The notes below the pieces were generated by a model. That model made no database searches. It had not been told where the DNA came from and saw only the letters and a program-made list of their open reading frames with translations. A stretch of DNA of 64,000 bases from an uncultured Spirochaetota bacterium (lineage in GTDB: Bacteria > Spirochaetota > UBA4802 > UBA5550): NCBI GenBank assembly GCA_963827275.1, contig CAWHAA010000005.1, positions 256,001-320,000 of the forward strand, written 5' to 3'. The translations under genes and the position numbers were made by a program. Below, in pieces: positions 63,544-64,000 of the stretch (position 1 is its first letter; each line of letters starts with the position of its first letter).

Positions 63544-63825
63544 TCACGTGATATTCCTGCTCCGCCTCGTGACCTCGAACCCTTCGGCCGTGAGCCGGTC
63601 ATAGAGCGAATCACGGTCGACATTCTTCAGAAGGCATTTATACAGCACCGCGTCCCGGTATCCTATCAGCTCGACGCGGTCGATATGCACCACCTGCAGC
63701 TTGCCCGGCTCCACCTGCTCGGCCCGCTTTTCACTGGTTTCGCTGAACGATATTTTCTGTATGGAATGGCCCCTCAGGGTTTCGAGGAACGACTCCAGGG
63801 TATCATAGACAATTTCTCTCTGCAT
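63544..63825 (-). CDS. Hypothetical protein
   Basis: 93-aa ORF directly upstream of the ABC ATPase. Confidence 0.55.
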   Translation of the reverse strand: MQREIVYDTLESFLETLRGHSIQKISFSETSEKRAEQVEPGKLQVVHIDRVELIGYRDAVLYKCLLKNVDRDSLYDRLTAEGFEVTRRSRNIT

Positions 63826-64000
63826 CGCAATCTCCGGACATATGTCACGGCCGCAGCAACGGCCGGATATGGTAGGCTATCCAACAGGGATTATCCTGTC
63901 AAGATTTTACTTGGTTTACCCCCGTCCGCAACGTCATCGCAGGGATCATACCACATTTTTTATATTTCCCTGTCCCCCGAGCGGCTGGGGGGCTCCTGGC

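Noticed and set aside
1..64000. tRNA or rRNA genes
   Set aside because: None recognised by eye; a tRNAscan/Infernal run would be needed to exclude them.

Overview
Bacterial chromosomal window, probably a spirochaete (inferred only from the many lipoproteins and gene content). About 1-32.9 kb and 61.2-64 kb are mostly GC-rich host genes: a FadL-like porin pair, a GAF-SpoIIE phosphatase, aroA/aroH, trxB, a giant class A PBP, prepilin peptidase, mtnA, ribBA, dusB and an ABC ATPase. comM (YifB family) is split inside its NPCxCG motif by an AT-rich 28.3-kb element (32979-61238) flanked by an 8-bp target duplication, GCCGGTGC. The element ends in two ~1.11-kb direct repeats. Each repeat is bounded by imperfect inverted repeats that lie INSIDE the reading frame of an IS1595-like DDE transposase. 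The left copy holds the promoter/RBS/start but lacks the C-terminal ~209 aa. The right copy holds the C-terminus plus two translationally coupled accessory genes but has no start. The ~603-aa gene and its operon are intact only on a circle carrying one repeat. This is the geometry of a replicative cointegrate of a circular element that splits its own transposase on integration (inference). Cargo includes a helicase fused to a possible rolling-circle Rep, a broken tyrosine recombinase, a repeated structured-RNA-like motif, a Dcm-like R-M/Vsr/DUF3883 cluster, a fragmented RT-nitrilase (DRT1-like), an IS3 element inside an XRE gene, lipoproteins and an Lgt paralogue. Many single-base frameshifts across the window suggest uncorrected long-read errors, so pseudogene calls are tentative.
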